From assembly GCA_032718475.1 (NCBI GenBank), contig JAUCBJ010002167.1, forward strand, positions 14,877 through 78,876: a stretch of DNA of 64,000 nucleotides, in the 5' to 3' direction. Below, one piece after another: positions 13,746-27,055 of this stretch; the first letter of the stretch is position 1; each line of letters opens with the position of its first letter. This DNA is from Nemertoderma westbladi (lineage: Eukaryota; Animalia; Xenacoelomorpha). The notes under the pieces were generated by a model, which saw only the letters and a list, made by a program, of their open reading frames with translations, ran no database searches and had not been told where the DNA came from. Position numbers and translations under genes: made by a program.

Positions 13746-14762
13746 ATGGATAGAAGAAAGTCCACAGATACAACAAAGAAACAACAGGTTAACATAAACG
13801 CGCGACAAACGGATACTCATTCCTCGCAGACGAGGGGTAAATCAGGTTCACTACAAAGGAACACTAAGATTAATAAGATAACCATAGCATGGGATATTGC
13901 ACGGGACGATGGGTTTACCGAAATCGAAGTTAACTGCTCTGGTTCGAACTGTGACGTCTCAATGATTTGTATAGCTAGAGAAGGGACCGAATTCGGCCGA
14001 ATCGATTTTTATTGTGGCACATGCATGAGCCAACGTCTAGCTGGTCTCGCTGCCGAACTAGAGAAACACGAGACGCGTGTATGTGATAATCTGTTGGAGA
14101 TGCAACAACAATTGGACTCTTTCACCGGTAGAACCAATAAACTGGAAAAACGGGTTAATGATAACAGAGACGCAACATTAACCAGATTAAAGGAACTTCG
14201 GGTTGAACTTGAAACAAACACTGACGATAACATGAAGAGGATCTCAAACCTTGAAACTTCTGTATCAGAATTCAACAATGCATGTACAACAGCGGAAGTG
14301 GAACCTGATATCGGAGGTGTATGGAACAAAGTATCCTACTCTTCAAAGGTTAAATCCAACAAGAAAGTGCCAAACCTTGCAGCGCTATCAAAGCAAATAC
14401 AACACGAGGAAGCAGAACACAACAAACGTAAACTTAATCTCGTAATAAAAGGTTGCGATCTGCCACCAGAATGCGACGTTAAAGATGCTGTAATTGACAT
14501 AGCTAGCGCCATTAATGTTGATCTAGTTAGGGCGGAGACTATTACAAGACGCGTTGGAAAACTGCCGAACAGTGGTCACCCGAGACCAATAGTTATTACT
14601 CTATCCCAGGAGAAACGCCAGGCTCTCCTACGGAATGCCTGGGGACTCCGCAACATAGAGCGGTACAAGAGAGTATATATCTCCCCTGATTACACACCCA
14701 AAGAAAGTCGACTTCAGTTCGAGTTACGAGAGGAGCTCAGGTCTCGGACAGCTGCCCGTTGA
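13746..14762 (+). CDS. LINE ORF1 (Cys-rich PHD-like motif, coiled coil, RRM-like region)
   Basis: C..C...C...FYCGTC followed by heptad repeats, then KRKLNLVIKG, RRVGK, PRPIVITL and VYISPDYT, typical of CR1/L2 ORF1. Confidence 0.85.
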   Translation: MDRRKSTDTTKKQQVNINARQTDTHSSQTRGKSGSLQRNTKINKITIAWDIARDDGFTEIEVNCSGSNCDVSMICIAREGTEFGRIDFYCGTCMSQRLAGLAAELEKHETRVCDNLLEMQQQLDSFTGRTNKLEKRVNDNRDATLTRLKELRVELETNTDDNMKRISNLETSVSEFNNACTTAEVEPDIGGVWNKVSYSSKVKSNKKVPNLAALSKQIQHEEAEHNKRKLNLVIKGCDLPPECDVKDAVIDIASAINVDLVRAETITRRVGKLPNSGHPRPIVITLSQEKRQALLRNAWGLRNIERYKRVYISPDYTPKESRLQFELREELRSRTAAR

Positions 14763-15139
14763 ACGGGCAGCTAAACGTTGGATTATCCAGATAAACGTTG
14801 GATTATCCAACGCAGTACTGTAATGGAAGCTACCTTTCAAAGATCAGACCGATCTGTCCGGCAATATCCTGAGGCAGGTGATATGGACAACGCACCCGAG
14901 TCTGTACAGAACCCGAAAACTATAGACCTTACGACATCACCTCCTCATAAAGCCACCCATTCATATTCCAAACGACAATTTCGAACCAGAAAGAGTTCGG
15001 GAATATCCACGCAGACAGACTGACAACCACCTGCATGCACAGCCGGGACACCGAAGGTATCCCTGTCACTTGTAAGTTTCAACCATACAATCAGTACCAT
15101 ACACTTTGACAATATACCCGGTAATGGCAATAACGATGG

Positions 15140-16265
15140 TATCAATAATGTAGACAGTTCCGGAAATGTTAGTGGTTATAAATCAACCTGTAATGAAAGT
15201 GTCAATAATGTAAACAGTATCATTACCGATGATTATATATCCGGTACCGGCAGTAATGATATTGTCAATAATGTAGACAGTTCTGGAAATGTTAGTGATT
15301 ATAAATCAACCTGTAATGAAAGTGTCAATAATGTAAACAGTCTCGTTACCGATGATTATATATCCGGTACCGGCAGTAATGATATTGTCAATAATGTAGA
15401 CAGTTCCGTAAATGTTAGTGATTATAAATCAACCTGTAATGAAAGTGTCAATAATGTAAACAGTCTCGTTACCGGTGATTATATATCCGGTACCGGCAGT
15501 AATGATATTGTCAATAATGTAGACAGTTCTGGAAATGTTAGTGATTATAAATCAACCTGTAATGAAAGTATCAATAATGTAAACAGTATCATTACCGATG
15601 ATTATATATCCGGTACCGGCAGTAATAACATTGTCAATAATGTAGACATTTCTGGAAATGTTAGTGATTATAAATCAACCTGTAATGAAAGTGTCAATAA
15701 TGTAAACAGTCTCGTTACTGGTGATTATATATCCGGTACCGGCAGTAATGATATTGTCAATAATGTAGACAGTTCTGGAAATGTTAGTGATTATAAATCA
15801 ACCTGTAATGAAAGTATCAATAATGTAAACAGTATCATTACCGATGATTATATATCCGGTACCGGCAGTAATAACATTGTCAATAATGTAGACATTTCTG
15901 GAAATGTTAGTGATTATAATTCAGCCTGTAATGAAAGTGTCATTAATGTAAACAGTCCCGATACCGATGATTATATATCCGGTACCGGCAGTAATAACAT
16001 TGTCAATAATGTAGACATTTCTGGAAATGTTAGTGATTATACTTCAGCCTGTAATGAAAGTGTCATTAATGTAAACAGTCCCGATACCGATGATTATATA
16101 TCCGGTACCGGCAGTAATGATATTGTCAATAATGTAGACAGTTCTGGAAATGTTAGTGATTATAAATCAACCTGTAATGAAAGTGTCAATAATGTAAACA
16201 GTCTCGTTACCAACAATTATATATCTGGTACCGGCAGTAATGATATTGTCAATAATGTAAACAGT
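15140..16265 (+). repeat. 123-bp (41-codon) tandem repeat x9 inside the LINE
   Basis: Unit recurs at 15181, 15304, 15427 ... 16165. One frame is stop-free: NNVDSSGNVSDYKSTCNESVNNVNSLVTDDYISGTGSNDIV. Confidence 0.95.
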
Positions 16266-16281
16266 TCAGCTGGAAACTTGA

Positions 16282-19157
16282 TTAGATTATATTCAATTTT
16301 GTAATATTAATACGCGCTCTCTGCGTCACAAAGCAGATTATTTACGTGATTTTATGGATGAAAATAATATTGATATTTTGGCTGTCACTGAGTCATGGTT
16401 GTCAGGTAATGATGATGACATACCAGTTGAAAATACTTTAACTAGTGATCTGATCTACAGGTTCCAACAAAACCCTAGAATCTATAGTCAAATTGCTCAA
16501 AGCGGGGGTGGAATAGCTTGTGTGTCAAAAATTCAGCTTGATCTGAAGGATAAAACAGATAAATCATTACAATACAAATCCTTCGAATTTATGGAGCTAA
16601 CCTGTAGTAAATCCGATACCTTAATTCGAATTATCATCATCTATAGAATACATCCAACAACTAAAAATAAGCTCACTGTCGACAATTTTATTACTGAATT
16701 CTCAGATTTTATGCAATGTATTGTCCTTGCCCCTGGTGAACTAATAATGATAGGAGATTTCAACTTTCACATGAACGATATAATCAATAATAAGGACGCA
16801 ATGGAGTTCAATGAGTTGTGTAATTGCTTTGGCCTAATCCAACTCGTTACTGAACCTACTCATCGATGTGGTAACACTTTGGATTTGATCTTAGTACGTG
16901 ATGAAACCAGTTTGGATATTAATAATGTAAATGTCAAGGACATAGGTCTTTCAGATCATTTTCCTGTTCAATTTACTTTTCTTCACAGAACACCTAAAAT
17001 AAAAGAAGATTGGACCAGAACAAGAAACTTAAAATCTATTAATATCAATGTATTATTGCCAGACATTCAACAAAGTACATTATTTAATCAGGCTGATGAC
17101 CCAAGTGATATAAATGAATTTGCTGCAAATTTTGATAATGTATTATTGAATATCTTAGATAAGCACGCTCCTTTACGCCAGAAATCGTCAAAGCCACGAA
17201 CAATCTGTGGAAAATGGTACACCACAGAAATAGCTCAAGCAAAGCGTGTCAGAAGGCAATTGGAAAGACACTATCGGAAGTCTAAATTAACTTGCGATTT
17301 ACTTATATATCGTGATCACTGTCGGAAATTGTCAAAGTTAATTGATAACACAAAGAGAGACTACTATAAAGGCATCATAGAAGCTGGTGGTGGTGATCAA
17401 CGGGTTTTATACAAGACAATTCAATTTTTAGTGTCCCCCAACAGTGCAAATGTGCTGCCATCTCGTGATAATGATATGATGTTATGCAAAGATTTTTCAA
17501 AATTCTTTGATACTAAAATCCAAGAAATGAAGGAAGGAATATGAAGGATATGCTGGAATTAGTGATTGTGAAAATGAGAAGGATGTATCTGTATCACAAA
17601 GTAACATCACCTCTTCAAGCGAGCTTTTCACCGAGTTTGAACCAGTAACAGTGCAATCTTTATCTGATCTTGTTAAAACAACACCAATAAAAACCGGTCC
17701 CGGAGATCCCCTACCTTCTACAATCCTGAAGGGTTGCATCCACTTATTAATTTCAGTGTTTGTATTAATCATCAACTTATCACTCTCTACTGCAAATGTA
17801 CCGATCCTCTTCAAGGAGTCAATATTACGGCCCCTTATTAAGAAAGTGCGCCTTGATCCAAATGTTCTAAACAACTTCAGACCAATATCTAATCTAAAGT
17901 ATATAGCTAAACTCACGGAGAGAGTAGTTGCAAGACAGTTAATGCATCATTTAACTATAAACTCACTACATAAACCTTTTCAGAGTGCCTATCGTAGCAC
18001 ACACAGTGTTGAGACCGCCTTATTGCGTGTAAATAACGACGTTTTACGATGCATTGATGATGGTGAGAGTGTTATTTTGATAATGCTAGATCTATCCGCT
18101 GTTTTCGATTCGATCGATCATGATATATTGCTTTCCACTCTAAAGAACGATTTTGGTATCTACGGCCAGACTCTAAATTGGTTCAAATCTTATTTGTCAG
18201 ATCGGACACAGAAGGTTCAGATAGGCTCAGCACAATCTGCTTCCAGAACATTGCGGTATGGTGTACCACAAGGTTCGGTACTTGGACCCCTGCTTTTCAC
18301 ACTGTATACTCGGTCACTATCCCGCGTTATTGCTAAATATGGTCTTGGGTATCATTTGTATGCCGTCGATACACAAATATATATTTCGTTCAAGCGTGAA
18401 AACTTGTCTAATGCGATTGTATAATTGAAGTAAAGCAATGGATGACTAGACACTGGATGAAGATGAACCCTGACAAAACAGAATTCATGGTATGTCAGTC
18501 AAAGTTCTCCCAACTAGTGCCAACTCAAAGTTTGCATATTGAAAATAACCAGGTGTTTAATACTTCCTCTGCACGGAATATTGGCTTTGTTGTCGATCAA
18601 CATATGATGTTTGATAAACAAATCTCTAATGTGGTTCGTAGTTGCTTTCATCAACTGAGAAACTTGTCGCGCATACAGTTATACCTACCTACATATCATC
18701 TAGATTGGACTCCAATAATGCTCTTTATTTCGGATTATCCAATAAGTCCATAAAGCGATTACAATACGTCCAAAACTGTGCTGCGCGGTTATTATGTAAA
18801 ATCGGTAGGAGGGATCATATTACACCAGTTTTAAAGCAATTACATTGGTTGCCAGTTAAGCGTAGAATCGACTTCAAGATCGCAATGACTGTTTTTAAAT
18901 GTTTGCATGGCCTAGCACCACAATATTTAACGGATCTTCTCAATAGATATGAACCACCTCGTGATTTGCGATCTGGATCTGCTAATTTATTGTCTGTCCC
19001 GAGATATAATCTTAGCAACTATGGACGCCGAGCATTCTCTATTGCGGGCCCACTAGTCTGGAATGCACTCCCGAGTGAATTGCGGCACATTAACTCATTA
19101 ACACTATTTAAATCGCGTCTTAAGACACACCACTTCATTGAAGAATACCAATCGTGA
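16282..19157 (+). pseudogene. LINE ORF2 (APE endonuclease + reverse transcriptase), disrupted
   Basis: NINTRSL, VTESWL, GDFNFH, TLDLIL and SDH (APE); YGVPQGSVLGP and YAVDTQIY (RT); HITPVLKQLHWLP (L2-type C-terminus). Broken near 17544, 18424 and ~18690. Confidence 0.92.
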
Positions 19158-19390
19158 AAGGGAGGCTACATTTTCGAATTTATAATTGTAATTAGTAATT
19201 ACCTATCACCTGCTGCACGTTTTTAAAGTTTTTTAAATCAAATATTTATTTTAACTGAACTCACCTTAGTAGATCGCTAAGTGATTTAATCTTTGGATTA
19301 TTTTAAAAACTGGTACCTGGACTCATTTTTAGAAATAAAAGCGCTTAGAGCTTAAATGTCTTATTTTGGTATTAGCGCTATATAAATATA

Positions 19391-20877
19391 CAGTCGTGGC
19401 CAAAAGTCTTGCACCATAGTAGATTTGTAATGGGTTTTAACTACGTGTATATGAATATATTGAATTTAATGCGTTTTTATGTCATAACCAAATAAGATAT
19501 CAGGTTACAGGACATAATGGAATGTTTCTGACTCTATTTATTCCAAGTGTGACATGTGATAGGTGTCAGTACCCACATTGGTAGGCCTACAGCTACGCCA
19601 TACCTACTGCAGTACTGGTAGGTTGTTTAGATTTCTACTGTGATCTTGTTGCAAGTTACTGCAATTACTAGCTGCAATGGTTAAGAAAGCTTTAATCTCA
19701 TTGGAGAAACGCGGGAAGGCAGTTGCGTTGAAGGAGGAGGGCTATACTCTCCTATATACTCCTATAGTTGGTAAGCGTTTGGGAATCAGTCACACATCAG
19801 TTTCACGACTAGTGGGGAAGGAATGTGTTCATGGAACATTGGCGGATCGACCCCGATCTGGAAGACCACGTGTTACTTCTAAGTATACCGATAATAGAAT
19901 ACGGCGAGCAGCAGTGAAATCTCCAACCATCACTTCTGCTGCCATCCAGGGATCATTAGGCCTCCTTTCAACTGATAATCAGCCAAGTGTCCGCACTATT
20001 CGAAGGCGGTTGGTGGAAGAGTTCGACCTCAGGTCACATAGGGCTGCAAAGAAACCCCTTCTAACGGCGAAGAATCGAAAGGACCGATTAGAATTTTGTG
20101 AAAAGTATAAAGACTGGGGAACAGAAGATTGGGACAAAGTAATGTTTTCGGATGAAAGTAACTTCCTGCAGTTTGGGCGAGTGGCAAAGAACGTTAGACG
20201 CCCTGTAAACGAGCGTTATAATCCACATTATATTTCGCCAACTGTTAAGAATCCTCCTCACATCATGGTCTGGGGCGCTTTCACCTCACAAGGACGGGGG
20301 CCACTATGGTTTCTGCCAAAAGGTACCACCATGAACTCGAAAGTGTACCTGAAGATGCTGCAGGAGAAGTTGGCCACCCACATGGAAATAACAGGTGCCA
20401 CAACGTTCCAGCAGGATGGTGCTCCTTGCCATACTGCTGGGATCGTGAAGAAGTGGATTGGGGATCAAGGGATCGTGCCATTAATGTGGCCAGGGAATAG
20501 CCCTGACCTCAATCCTATTGAGAACCTTTGGGTCATAATGAAGGCTAAGGTAGCACAGAAGCGCCCTAGTAGTATGGCTGAACTAATTAATATAATAAAG
20601 CGGGTGTGGGTACTGGAGATATCACAAGATTATTGTAGAAACTTAATTCACAGTATGCCGTGCCGTATAGAGTCAGTCATCATAAATAAAGGCCTACACA
20701 CTAAATACTGATACCACAGTACCTGATAACTTGCAGACTAGTATAATTGTGTTATATCTATAATTTGAACATATATACATATATAAATACAGTTATTTAT
20801 ATACAAAAAACATTATTTAACTTATACTATAAAACATACCAAATTGGCTTTTGGTGCAAGACTTTTGGCCACGACTG
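19391..20877 (+). mobile_element. Tc1 DNA transposon, full length
   Basis: Perfect 26-bp TIRs CAGTCGTGGCCAAAAGTCTTGCACCA (19391-19416 / 20852-20877). TA TSD at 19389-19390 and 20878-20879. Confidence 0.97.
19677..20711 (+). CDS. Tc1 transposase (DD34E), uninterrupted 344 aa
   Basis: GRPR linker, FSDES, QQDGAPCH and WPGNSPDLNPIENLW, with 34 residues between the second D and E. Confidence 0.97.
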   Translation: MVKKALISLEKRGKAVALKEEGYTLLYTPIVGKRLGISHTSVSRLVGKECVHGTLADRPRSGRPRVTSKYTDNRIRRAAVKSPTITSAAIQGSLGLLSTDNQPSVRTIRRRLVEEFDLRSHRAAKKPLLTAKNRKDRLEFCEKYKDWGTEDWDKVMFSDESNFLQFGRVAKNVRRPVNERYNPHYISPTVKNPPHIMVWGAFTSQGRGPLWFLPKGTTMNSKVYLKMLQEKLATHMEITGATTFQQDGAPCHTAGIVKKWIGDQGIVPLMWPGNSPDLNPIENLWVIMKAKVAQKRPSSMAELINIIKRVWVLEISQDYCRNLIHSMPCRIESVIINKGLHTKY

Positions 20878-20897
20878 TATATATTATTATTATTATT

Positions 20898-21711
20898 AAG
20901 CCAAATGAAGTCCGGGTAGTCTTTGACGGTTCTGCCTTATATAAAGGCCAGTCGTCCCTGAACTCAGAACTATTGCCAGGACCCAATCTATTACAATCTT
21001 TGTTGGGGATATTATTAAGATTACGGCATACTCCATTGCGTTTACTTCCCTAAAGCAGTCATTGATAACAACAAGAAAGATATTTATATGGACGACAACA
21101 TCAAGTCCACAACAATGTTTAAGGAAGCGATAGAAGTGGCAATGGGTCCAGTCAAGTGCTTACAAAAGGGTGGATTTAGATTAACCAAATTCATCAACAA
21201 CTCCCAAGAGTTTCTTGATAAGTAAGTGAATGAAGAAGTAAAGACTTAGGCCTCATTAAGGATGACCTACCTGAGACTAAAACACTAGGTTTGAAGTGGG
21301 ATACCATGAGAGACGTAATGTTTTTCCAGTTGAAACAGCGCGACAATCCCGTTTGAACCAAAAGGATTTGTCTGAGTATTCTGAGCACCTACTTCGACCC
21401 TTAGGATTTATCAGTCCAGTGATCCTAGTTGCTCGGAACTTAGTACAGCAGATGTGGTTAGAAAACCACTCTTGGGACGACCCGCTACAAGGAAAACTGT
21501 TAGCCAAATGGATGAAGTGGGAAGACTCGCTTCCAGCTATAGAGGATTTTAAGATATCTCGCTCATATATTGGACACATTCTCCCCTCGTATTCCTATCA
21601 ACACCATGTTATTGGAGACATTTGCAATATTGGAATAGGCATGGTAGCTTATTTTAGAGTGGAAACTCCAATGGGAATCAAGGTCTCACTCATAGCTTCT
21701 AAATCTTTTAT
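20898..21711 (+). mobile_element. BEL/Pao family 1, segment 2 (RT/RNase H remnant)
   Basis: VRVVFDGSA..G..SLN.ELLPGPNL..LLGILLR, YMDD, GGFRLTKF, PLGFISP and SWDDPL. Confidence 0.88.
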
Positions 21712-21871
21712 TGTTGTATATGTATTAGGCCATGGATTTTATCTGTCTGTATGTGTACCTTCTATCTATATATATACCGGTACCTAAGTTGAGAATATTA
21801 TATATATCAGTCAGTCTGTCAGTCAGACTACTTATCTTGTTATGTATGAACTATGGTTCAACAACACAGCA
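21712..21871 (+). repeat. Gypsy 5' LTR
   Basis: Identical by manual comparison to 26896-27055. Confidence 0.95.
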
Positions 21872-22180
21872 TGGCGCAGTCAGTGTTTAGATATTCGAAC
21901 TCTACTGATCTTTTAATTTTAAATCATCTACATATACTCTACCGCCTGCTATAAGGGGGGCTGTTCACATAACCACTATACTGGTACCGGTAAAAACGTA
22001 CTGCTGAACCTGCCAGATTCTCCACTACCGGTACCAACTTCGCGAACGTTGATATAGGCCTACATAATTACCGACCAATCCGCCAGACTAGCCTAGTAGC
22101 CTATGCCAGGCCTATTTATCTACATCCATAAACAATAAACAGTAGGCCTAAGCCACTTACGGTTCGGTAAACTTATACTG

Positions 22181-25100
22181 ATGATGGAGAGAACGCTAGA
22201 TGAGACTCTCCAACTCTCCAATGATGAGATAGAACAGCTATCTCGTGAGGAAATCCACGCGGCATTCGATGTTTTGTCCATGCAGTGGGATTCTAAACAA
22301 TCAACAGCGCGAATGTGTAGTATGCTAAAAGTGGCAATACAAAAACACCACGATAACATTACAGCTATGTCTAAGGAAGATTCAAGAGGAGCCTACCGGC
22401 AACATCCAGTAGAACAGGATTCGGATACGCTATCTATGATGCAGAGGATGTTTGCACACATGCTGCAACAACGTGAAGAAGACAGGAGGCACCAGGAGCA
22501 GGAAAGTCGAATCCGGGATGAAGAAATGAAGTCTCTTCTACAATCACTTCGACTTCCTTCTTCTTCAGGCACTGATGGAACTCCAAGAGGCGGGGATCCA
22601 ATAAACCCTGTAAGAAATCCTCGAGATACAGTTAAAGCAACTGCTAAAATCCCAGACACCTTAATGGATACTGTGGACTACAAAACATTTAAACGTTGGG
22701 AACCATCCTGGGCCAATTATGAAACTGTGGTTAAACTTCGCGAACGCACCAGAGAGGAACAATTAGCAATGTTCTGGTCTTATTGCTCTCCCGATCTTTT
22801 GGAACGAATTAAAACAATTATGAGAATCCCACAGGACACTGAGATGACTCTCAAAGAAGTTCTCATCCAAATCCGACTATACTTAAAGGGAAAATGCAAT
22901 GTAGCAGTAGACCGTTTTCAACTGGTAAGGCGAACCCAAAAGGATCGAGAATTATTTGATGATTATTATTTAAAATTGCGCGAATTGGCTGACACCGCCG
23001 AATTAGCGTCAATGACTCAAGACGATTGGCTCACTACACTTATAACCTGTGGCATAAATGACGATGAAGTACGCCAAGAGTTATTGAGTAAAAAGCCAGC
23101 TTTAACCCTAGACGAGACCTTAACTCTCTGTCGGAACATGGAGACAGCAAAGCAGGATGATGAAAAACTCCGATCAGCATCTGGTGGAAAAACAATTAAC
23201 ATTAATAAATCAGGGCAAGAAAAAGAACATGACAAAAAATTTCGTGGTCGCAGCATGAGCAGGGGTCGGAAATGGGACAGATGGAAGGAACGGAAACAAA
23301 GTCACTCTATGGAAAGCACAAACATTCAAGCCAAGAAACTTTGTTATTTCTGCGGTGGTAATTATCCCCACCAATATGGGAGACCTTGCCCAGCCTCAGG
23401 AAAAACTTGTCGTAAATGCAAGAAGAAGGGACACTTTGATCGAGCCTGCCTAACATCCACTAGGAATACAGGCGGAGGTGGCAATTCATCCAACAATAAA
23501 TCAAGTTCAGCTGTTATAATAGCACCAACTGATACCAGTAATAAACAGGTAAGCTCTAGAAAGAAACCAATAATTACAGTAAACGTTTATACATTGAATA
23601 ATACATTCCTAGGCGAACAATGTATTACAGCCGACACTGGTGCTCAGGCCACTGTATCTGGTATTTCAATGTTAACTAGTCTTGGCATCGATGAATCAAA
23701 GTTAAATAAATTTCATGAAACTGTTGAAGGTGTTAATGGATCCAAATTAGACGTGATTGGATGCTTTGACTTATTTATTATGTTGGGATCACAGAAACAC
23801 AAAGAAACTTTTATTTTTTGTAGAAATATTCCAGATAAGGATGTTTATATTTCTCTTAGCGCATGTATTGGTTTGGGCTTAGTTTATGAAAACTTCCCAG
23901 TACAATTACCCAACATTGTACCTGCTGTACAAACTTCTACAGCATCACAGCCAGAATTGAATTGTAATAATGTCTCAGAACAAAATTTCATAAAAATTAC
24001 AGAAACAGAATTATTGTCAAAATTCTCTGATGTATTTAAATCAAAAGGTGAGTTGCGAGTCATGGGAGGGCCCCCCATGACTATTGAATTACAAGAAAAT
24101 GCAAAACCGTTTGCAGTTCATACTGCTAGAACAATACCATTCTCCTATCGTGAAGAGGCAAAGAAATCCATCGATAATATGCTGGAAGCAGGTATTATTG
24201 AGCGAATAGGAGACAGGCCAGTGGCCTGGTGTCATCCCATGGTCTGCGTACCTAAACCATGTGGAGGGATACGCATAACGGCAGATTTTACGAAATTAAA
24301 TTGCCAAGTAAAACGCCCAGTACATAATGCAAAATCACCATTTGATGTGGTATCAGAGATAGCGCCCAATTCTTTGTGGTTTACGAAAGTGGATGCGGCG
24401 CATGGGTATTGGCAACTGGCACTGGATGAAAATAGTCGTGATTATACAACATTTATAACACCCTGGGGGCGATTTAGATATTGCCGTGCCCCAATGGGCT
24501 ACATTGCCACAGGGGATAGTTTTAATCTAAGGGGAGATTTAGCATTCGATGGAATTGAGAATATCCATAAGATAGTAGACGACATTCTCATAGTCGATAA
24601 AGATCTTGATACCCATATTCGTCGTGTTGAAGAACTCTTAGAAAGATGCAGAGAGTTTGGTGTAACTCTCAATCAACGTAAGTTTAAATTAGCACTGCAT
24701 CGTGTTAAATTCGCAGGTTTTATCATATCAACTGATGGCATAGAGGTCGAACCCGATAAAGTAAAGGCCATCAAAGACTTTCCGGAACCCCGAAATATTA
24801 GTGAACTGAGATCATTTCTGGGAATGGTCAATCAGCTGGGGAACTTCAATGATAAAATATCCGAGGTAACAATACCATTACGTGACTTGCTGAAAACACG
24901 TAATGAATACATCTGGCTAGAAAATCACTCTATCGCATTTCAGGATGTGAAGAAAGTACTCACAAGTTCCCCAATTTTAGCCCATTTTGATGCGAGTAAA
25001 GAAACCCGTATAGAGACAGATGCTTCAAGACTATACGGTCTGGGGTTCGTTTTGCTTCAAAAACATAGTTCTCAATGGCGATTAGTGTTATGCGGAAGCA

Positions 25101-26751
25101 GATATTTGAGCGATGCAGAATCGCGATATTCGACGATTGAACTAGAGGCTTTAGCCATGAAATACGCAATTACTAAGTGTAACCTATATGTGGCAGGCTT
25201 ATCCCATTTTGTAGTTGTCACCGATCATCGCCCTCTATTGACTATATTCAATAATTATACAATTGGTCAAATCGAAAACGCACGCCTCCAACGAATTAAA
25301 TCTGATTTACAATCACGATATCAATTCTCCGTGGCATGGTGTAAAGGAAAAAATCACTCAATTGCCGATGCTCTCAGCCGGGCTCCAGTAGATAATCCTT
25401 CCAATGGCAATGACGAAGACACCCAACCTCCCCAAAATTCATTGACACATATTGCATTAATTAGTCTAACAGAAGAAAATTATTGCACAGATCCCCTAAT
25501 TAAAGAATTACAGAAAGCGGCTGAACAAGATGAAGATTATCAATCCCTAATACAAGCAATATCTACTGATTTCATTAATCTAAACAAAGCACCAATATGT
25601 TCAACAATTTCGATCGATGCATGATCAACTATACTTGGACAATGGGCTGGTATTATATGGCACACGCCTGGTAATCCCTAAATCTCATCAGAAAGAAATA
25701 TTAAACAGGTTACATGCCTCACACCAGGGCATTATACGCACAAAACAGAGGGCGCGTTCAGCAATATTCTGGCCAGGCATAAACAACGAGATTACGCAAA
25801 TGATAAACTTGTGTCAACTATGTCAGGAACGTAGACAGAGTTTACCAAAAGAGACAATGTTATCCGATAATACAACAACTAGACCCTTTGAATCAGTATC
25901 TGCTGATTTGTTTCACTTAGGAGGGCGTCTATATCTCGTTTACTGTGATAGGTTCTCAGGATACCCTTGTGTTGCGGAATGGGCACATGATCCTAACGCA
26001 TCGCAGGTAATTCAAGTTATAAGAAAATGGTTTGTAGATACTGGTGTTCCAGTAACTTTGAGAACAGATGGAGGCCCACAGTTTGCCTCCTCAAAATTCC
26101 GCGACTTTTTGAAACGTTGGGGCGTCAATTGGACTCCTAGTACACCACATTATCATCAAAGTAATGGGCATGCAGAAATATCAGTAAAGACAATAAAGAA
26201 TATGCTTGCCAAGATGCCTACCACCCATATTGATAGCGAAGAATTTGCAGAGGCATTACAAGAACTTAGAAATACTCCTAGGGCAGATGGAAAGTCCCCT
26301 AATCAAATATTATTCGGTTTTAATCTACGCTCCCGAATACCTGTCCATCAGAGTACATTCTCAAAAAAAATGGCAGGACCTATCTGATGAAAATGAAGAA
26401 AAAGATACCGATACTGCAAATGATTTGTATAATATATCATATTATAACGCCACAGCACATGACTTAAAACCATTCCGGGTTGGCGATAAAGTCCGGATTC
26501 AAGATCCATCAAACAAACGGTGGGTCAAGACAGGGGAAATCGTAGCAGTTGGGAAGAGGCGAGATTACATGGTAAAACTCACCTCTGGAAGGACATATTG
26601 GCGGAACCGAAGGTTTTTACGCCACAACTATATACCAATCGATAACAATCGAACTGATGATCACTCGAACGAACCCAACAGTGAATCATTTATACGCAAA
26701 CCCTATGAACTACGTAATAAAAAGAAGCATGTAACATTCAATATAGAATAA
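22181..26751 (+). CDS. Gypsy Gag-Pol polyprotein (two apparent 1-nt frameshifts)
   Basis: Tandem CCHC knuckles, protease ADTGA, RT IVDD, RNase H TDAS/ELEA/TDH/ADALSR, integrase HHCC and D..D..E. Breaks near 25595 and in the A-run near 26365. Confidence 0.93.
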
Positions 26752-26895
26752 TTGTTATTATCATCTTACATGAGTTATACTTTCAGTTTTAAAGTTAAAG
26801 GAAAACATATGCAATAACCTATCATATAACTGTATTATTTGAAATGGTGATGGGTTTGTCTTATATATATTTTGTAAACATTTGAAAAGGGGAGT

Positions 26896-27055
26896 TGTTG
26901 TATATGTATTAGGCCATGGATTTTATCTGTCTGTATGTGTACCTTCTATCTATATATATACCGGTACCTAAGTTGAGAATATTATATATATCAGTCAGTC
27001 TGTCAGTCAGACTACTTATCTTGTTATGTATGAACTATGGTTCAACAACACAGCA
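26896..27055 (+). repeat. Gypsy 3' LTR
   Basis: Follows the PPT and matches the 5' LTR. Confidence 0.95.

Larger units (their letters stand above)
13646..20897 (+). mobile_element. Full-length L2/CR1-group LINE inserted in BEL/Pao family 1 (contains a nested Tc1)
   Basis: ORF1 + APE-RT ORF2, a 3' gcgct...agcgc stem and a (TAT)n tail ending at 20897. Candidate TSD AAGCC at 13641-13645 and 20898-20902. Confidence 0.88.
21712..27055 (+). mobile_element. Ty3/Gypsy LTR retrotransposon (Mag-like), full length
   Basis: 160-bp TG...CA LTRs, TTTAT TSD at 21707-21711 and 27056-27060, PBS TGGCGCAGTC at 21872 (resembles the tRNA-Ser 3' complement), PPT GAAAAGGGGAG at 26884-26894. Confidence 0.97.
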
